Below are positions 58,350 through 64,000 of a DNA stretch of 64,000 nucleotides, in pieces; the stretch's first letter is position 1, and each line of letters opens with the position of its first letter. The translations under genes and the position numbers were made by a program. Source of the stretch: Dehalococcoidia bacterium (GTDB lineage: Bacteria > Chloroflexota > Dehalococcoidia > DSTF01 > RBG-16-68-14); the NCBI GenBank assembly GCA_040882355.1, contig JBBEBM010000017.1, positions 1 through 64,000 of the forward strand, read 5' to 3'. The notes under the pieces are model-generated. The model worked only from the letters and a program-made list of their open reading frames with translations, ran no database searches and was not told the DNA's origin.

Positions 58350-58835
58350 ATGACCGCGACTCGACAAGACCTGATCGACGGCCTGCAGGTCGTCCTGCGT
58401 GAAGGGCTGCGCGTTACGTCCGCCTTCGGCCCGGACGACTGGAAGAAGCCCGCGCTTGGCGGCGACGAGGAGGGCTGGACCCGCAAGCAGGTGTACAGCC
58501 ACCTCACCGCGCTCGCCGAAGTGACGCCGGGCCTCGTCGGCAGCCTGGCGAACCTGGAGCCCGGCCAGGACGGCGCCGCTGGCTTGGACATCGATGCGTT
58601 CAACGCGCAGACGGTCGCCGCCAAGGCCGCCATGAGCGAGGCGGATCTGATGGCCGCGTACAAGACGGGCTTCGAGAAGCTAATCGAGTTCGTCAAGGCG
58701 ATGCCGGAGGAGCAGCTTGAGCGCTCGGGTAAGTTCGGGCAACTCGAGGGCAAGGTGGCCGACGTCATGGACGGCGTGCTGGTGCTGCACGGCGTCGCTC
58801 ACGTCTACGGCGCCGGCGGCTCACCGCTGGGCTAG
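58350..58835 (+). CDS. DinB / mycothiol maleylpyruvate isomerase N-terminal-like protein
   Basis: ATG after GAGGAGG; GWT.KQV.SHL, IDAFNA, H-xxx-H. Confidence 0.75.
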   Translation: MTATRQDLIDGLQVVLREGLRVTSAFGPDDWKKPALGGDEEGWTRKQVYSHLTALAEVTPGLVGSLANLEPGQDGAAGLDIDAFNAQTVAAKAAMSEADLMAAYKTGFEKLIEFVKAMPEEQLERSGKFGQLEGKVADVMDGVLVLHGVAHVYGAGGSPLG

Positions 58836-58867
58836 CGACCGCTGAACCCCACGATGGCTGCGGCCCG

Positions 58868-60547
58868 ATGACCACCACCGTTAGCCCTCCGACAAAGCGC
58901 TGGCAGATCCGGGCAGACCCGGATGTTACGCCGCAGGGCGACTGGCCGCCGCTTATCGGGCGGCTGCTGGGCCTGCGAGGCGTGCGCACCGAGGCCGAGG
59001 CGCGGTCGTTCCTCGATCGCGACCCGCCCGCTGCGCTCCCGCCGCTCCCCGACCTCGAACGCGCAGTCGAGCGACTGGCGCATGCGTGCCGCTCGGCCGA
59101 GAGCGTCGCGGTGTACGGCGACTTCGACGTCGACGGCGTGACCTCGGCTGCGTTGCTCACCGAGGGCCTGCAGGCGCTGGGTGCGAGGCCGGTGCCCTAC
59201 ATCCCGCATCGCGTGAGCGAGGGCTACGGTCTGAACACCAAGGCGATCGAGTCGCTGAACGAGCTCGGCGCAACGCTGTTAGTCACCGCGGACTGCGGCA
59301 CCAGCTCTGTGCAGGAGATCGCGTTCGCCCGCGGACGCGGCATGGATGCGCTGGTGCTCGACCACCACACCGTGCCACCGCAGCTCCCGGCCGCGCTCGC
59401 GATCGTCAATCCGAAGCGGGACGGCGCAACCGGCGAAGAGCCTGCCGCGTGTGGCATCGCCTACTACGTGCTCGTCGCGCTCTACGAGGCGCTTGGACGC
59501 GCGCTGAACGAGGCGTCGCTGCTGGAGCTGGTCGCTCTGGGCACCGTGTGCGACCTGGCGCCGCTCGTGGGCGAGAACCGTCGACTGGTGCGCGAAGGAC
59601 TGCGCGCCGTCGCCCACACGGAGCGCCCGGGACTGCGGGCCCTGCTGGAAGTCTCCGGCTGCGACCCGCAGCGTGTGGACACGGAGGCGGTCGGCTTTTC
59701 GCTGGGGCCGCGCCTCAACGCGGCGGGCCGGCTCGCGCACGCCAGGCTCGCGTTCGACCTGCTGACCTGCCGCGAGGAAGAACGAGGGCAGGAGCTGGCG
59801 AGCGAGCTGGATGCGCTCAATCGAGAGCGGCAGCGCGCGACGCAAGACGCCTACGCGCTCGCCGACGAGCTGCTCGCCGGCGAAGGCGACCCGGCGCTGC
59901 TGATGCTGGGCCACCCGGAGCTGCCGGCGGGCATCGTCGGCCTCGTCGCCGCCAGGCTTGTCGACGCGCGGCGCCGGCCCGCGATCGTCTACCAGGAAGG
60001 CGAGGTCACCAGCCGCGCCAGCGCCCGCAGCATCCCTGAGTTCGATGTCACGGGCGCGCTGCGCACCTGTCCGGAGCTGTTCGTGCGCTTCGGCGGGCAT
60101 CGGATGGCCGCTGGCTTCACTGCCGAGAACGAACGGTTGCCGGAGATAAAGGAACGCCTGATCGCGCACGCTGAGGCGCAGCTCGCGGGCGCGGACCTTT
60201 CCCCGGCGATCCAGATCGACGCCGAGCTACCGCTCTCGTCCATTCGCGGCGACGAGATCCGCTGGCTGGCTCGCCTGGCGCCTCACGGCGTCGGCAACCC
60301 CGAGCCGACGTTCCTTAGCCGGAGCGTCACCGTCGCTGAGGCGCAGCCCGTCGGCGCTGACGGGCAGCACCTGCGGCTGAAGCTGCGCGATGGCGCGGTC
60401 GTCTGGCCGGCGATCGCGTTCCGCCAGAGCGGCGACGGCATCGAGGCGGGCGGGCGGGCGGACGTGGTGTTCAGCCTGTCCGCGGAACGGCGCACGGCCG
60501 ACGGCCTGGAGCTGCGCGTCCTCGATCTGCGACCGGCGCACCCGTAA
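58868..60547 (+). CDS. recJ: Single-stranded-DNA-specific exonuclease RecJ
   Basis: YGDFDVDG, EGYGL, DCG, DHH, PRLNAAGR, GGH..AAG, GNPEP. Confidence 0.96.
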   Translation: MTTTVSPPTKRWQIRADPDVTPQGDWPPLIGRLLGLRGVRTEAEARSFLDRDPPAALPPLPDLERAVERLAHACRSAESVAVYGDFDVDGVTSAALLTEGLQALGARPVPYIPHRVSEGYGLNTKAIESLNELGATLLVTADCGTSSVQEIAFARGRGMDALVLDHHTVPPQLPAALAIVNPKRDGATGEEPAACGIAYYVLVALYEALGRALNEASLLELVALGTVCDLAPLVGENRRLVREGLRAVAHTERPGLRALLEVSGCDPQRVDTEAVGFSLGPRLNAAGRLAHARLAFDLLTCREEERGQELASELDALNRERQRATQDAYALADELLAGEGDPALLMLGHPELPAGIVGLVAARLVDARRRPAIVYQEGEVTSRASARSIPEFDVTGALRTCPELFVRFGGHRMAAGFTAENERLPEIKERLIAHAEAQLAGADLSPAIQIDAELPLSSIRGDEIRWLARLAPHGVGNPEPTFLSRSVTVAEAQPVGADGQHLRLKLRDGAVVWPAIAFRQSGDGIEAGGRADVVFSLSAERRTADGLELRVLDLRPAHP

Positions 60548-60662
60548 GCGCGGCTCGCGAGCCGCCCTAGAGCGCCTTGATGCCGACCAGGGCGGTCGCC
60601 TCTACGTTCTTCGAGGCGAGATCAGTGTAATTCGGCGGCTCGGGCGCTATGCTTGTCCTGCA

Positions 60663-61973
60663 ATGGCGAAGCGAGGCCGGCCGCGCCACCCCGACATCCT
60701 CACCCCACGCGAGTGGGAGGTGCTGGCGCTCCTGCGCGCGGGGCTGACGAACGACCAGATCGCGGTCCGGCTCGAGATCACCGAGCGCACCGCCCGCTAC
60801 CACGTCTCGGAGATACTGAGCAAGCTCGGCGTCTCGACCCGCCAGGAGGCAGCGTCGTGGGAGTCGGAAGAACGGCGGTCGTGGTGGGCGCTGATTGGCG
60901 CGCCGCTCGCTGGCTTGAGGCAGGCGGCGTTAGGCTGGGCGCCGGCGGCGCTGGTGGGCGGCGTGGTGATGGCTATCGGTGTTGGCGTCGGCGCGCTCGT
61001 GTGGGGGCTGGCGCGGACCGATGGTGACGGCGCCGATCGGTACGCGGCGTCGGTGCCGGTCGCGCTGCCGACTCAGGTTGTGGACGCGCCGGGCGAGCTT
61101 GTGTGGGAAGGCGGCGCGGGCACCATCCGGATCGTCTCCGCAAATGAAGCGTCTTGTGGCGACCGCGCGACGGCAGGAGAATACGACCTCCCGATCGCGC
61201 TCGATAGCGCCAATTGGCCGCTAGGTCGCACGATGCTGGGCCTGGAAGCAGTGCCATACGACTACGTCCCAGCGCAGGTGCAGTCGCCAGCGCCGTGGGA
61301 GGAGTCACCGGCTGGCTGGCGTCTCAGCCTGAGGCAGAATCCTCTCGCGAAGAGCTTTGGCATGGCACGCTACCCCTCGTATGCCGAGTACTTCCTTCGC
61401 CGTCGTGACCTGCCTGACCTCCTGTTCCGCTATGGCGCCGACGTCTGCGATCCGTCGCTCATCGACGCCGAGCAGCTACGGCGCCGCACGTTCACGATCA
61501 GCGAAGAGCTGCCGCGGATCGTGATGCACCGCCAGGGCGACTACATCTCCCCGCTTGAGGCGATCGCCTCTGCGCTGCGCGCTCAGCCAGAGGGTGCCCG
61601 CCCGGTCTGGCTGGAACTCGGCAACTCGGCAGACTTTGCGGCGTCGCGCGGCGACATGAGGTTCCCGCAGCTCAACGCGAACCCGGAGGCGGTGCTTTGG
61701 GAAGTGATGTTCACCCTCGGCGATGAGGCGGGCCCGCGCCGCCCCGGGCAGGAGCTTGCTGCGTTCTCCCGGGTCGATGCGGTGACCGGCGCACGCAGCA
61801 GTTGGGGCTGCTGCTTTCACGTAATCCTGCCTCGAGGACAGGTCACTCGCATATTAGACGTGCCGCCTGTCTCTTCCACATTTCCCAACGCCCGCATACG
61901 ATTCGCCCCAACCACTACGAAAGGAGGTGGCGCCCATCCCTGGTTCATGGCGCAGTCGAAAGGCCTGTCCTGA
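60663..61973 (+). CDS. Membrane-anchored LuxR-type HTH regulator with C-terminal extracytoplasmic domain
   Basis: LTPREWEVL.LL..GLTN..IA.RL.I..RT..YHVS.ILSKLG, then a hydrophobic segment and an unknown domain. Confidence 0.82.
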   Translation: MAKRGRPRHPDILTPREWEVLALLRAGLTNDQIAVRLEITERTARYHVSEILSKLGVSTRQEAASWESEERRSWWALIGAPLAGLRQAALGWAPAALVGGVVMAIGVGVGALVWGLARTDGDGADRYAASVPVALPTQVVDAPGELVWEGGAGTIRIVSANEASCGDRATAGEYDLPIALDSANWPLGRTMLGLEAVPYDYVPAQVQSPAPWEESPAGWRLSLRQNPLAKSFGMARYPSYAEYFLRRRDLPDLLFRYGADVCDPSLIDAEQLRRRTFTISEELPRIVMHRQGDYISPLEAIASALRAQPEGARPVWLELGNSADFAASRGDMRFPQLNANPEAVLWEVMFTLGDEAGPRRPGQELAAFSRVDAVTGARSSWGCCFHVILPRGQVTRILDVPPVSSTFPNARIRFAPTTTKGGGAHPWFMAQSKGLS

Positions 61974-62158
61974 GCTCGTCGAAGGGTGTCACGGTCCGCA
62001 AGGATCAATCAAACGCCGCGTCAGATTCGCCGCCCGGATCACGTGCGCGCGGCCAGCTTCGGAGGTCGTCCGCTGAGAAAGACGTTTTTGCAAAACGGAC
62101 TGGTCAATCAAAGGGCGGCTGGGCCTGTCCTGAGCTTGTCGAAGGGCCTGTCCTGAGC
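61963..62158. repeat. GCCTGTCCTGAGC(T)TGTCGAAGG-family repeat units
   Basis: GCCTGTCCTGAGCTCGTCGAAGG from 61963; GCCTGTCCTGAGCTTGTCGAAGG-GCCTGTCCTGAGC at 62123-58. Confidence 0.7.
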
Positions 62159-62349
62159 GGCCCCTGGGAGAAGGCGCTCTCCACCGGCGGAGGAACGCGG
62201 GGAGCGTGCGGGCGAGACGCATGCCGCCCCACTTATGGGACGGTCGGGAAAGGACCGCCAGCCAGCGGTGGGCAGGTTGCCCGCGCTCCGCTTGCCTCGC
62301 TCCGCCCTCGCGTGCCACACTCCATAGCACTACGTTCTTGGAGGAGCGA

Positions 62350-64000
<1,651 letters not shown>

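Noticed and set aside
61986..62349. T-box or other riboswitch upstream of aspS
   Set aside because: No T-box consensus or terminator recognised; the region contains dispersed repeats.

Overview
High-GC bacterial chromosomal window (roughly two-thirds G+C by eye). Gene content suggests Chloroflexota, probably Dehalococcoidia-like (inference from the C-terminal surface tails, membrane-anchored LuxR, F420/DinB families and orphan recF). About 60 CDSs; no rRNA, tRNA, CRISPR array, transposase or integrase was seen. Left end: tandem paralog pairs (two hydrolase-fold/class III cyclases, two S9 peptidases), an LPXTG protein, a LarA-like protein and recF. Centre (18.4-31.3 kb): a 13-kb sulfur assimilation cluster with sir, cysH, cysC, sat, a Na/Pi-like transporter, an Rrf2 regulator and cysK. 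It also holds a ubiquitin-like relay: a Ubl-E1 polyprotein with a buried GG, a second Ubl with a masked GG, CysM, a rhodanese, a JAMM protease and two unknown proteins. Matching Rrf2-type operators sit at its promoters. Further right: a Fic gene with an apparent CTG start and a 2x3 operator array, amidase, plant-type ilvC, folP/folK, dnaE, two GNATs, an arsenic locus whose aquaporin is split by an acr3 + ferredoxin-reductase cassette, fabD/fabF, recJ and a partial aspS. Several families of REP-like and heptamer repeats occur between, and sometimes inside, genes. All calls come from motif recognition by eye; no database search was run.
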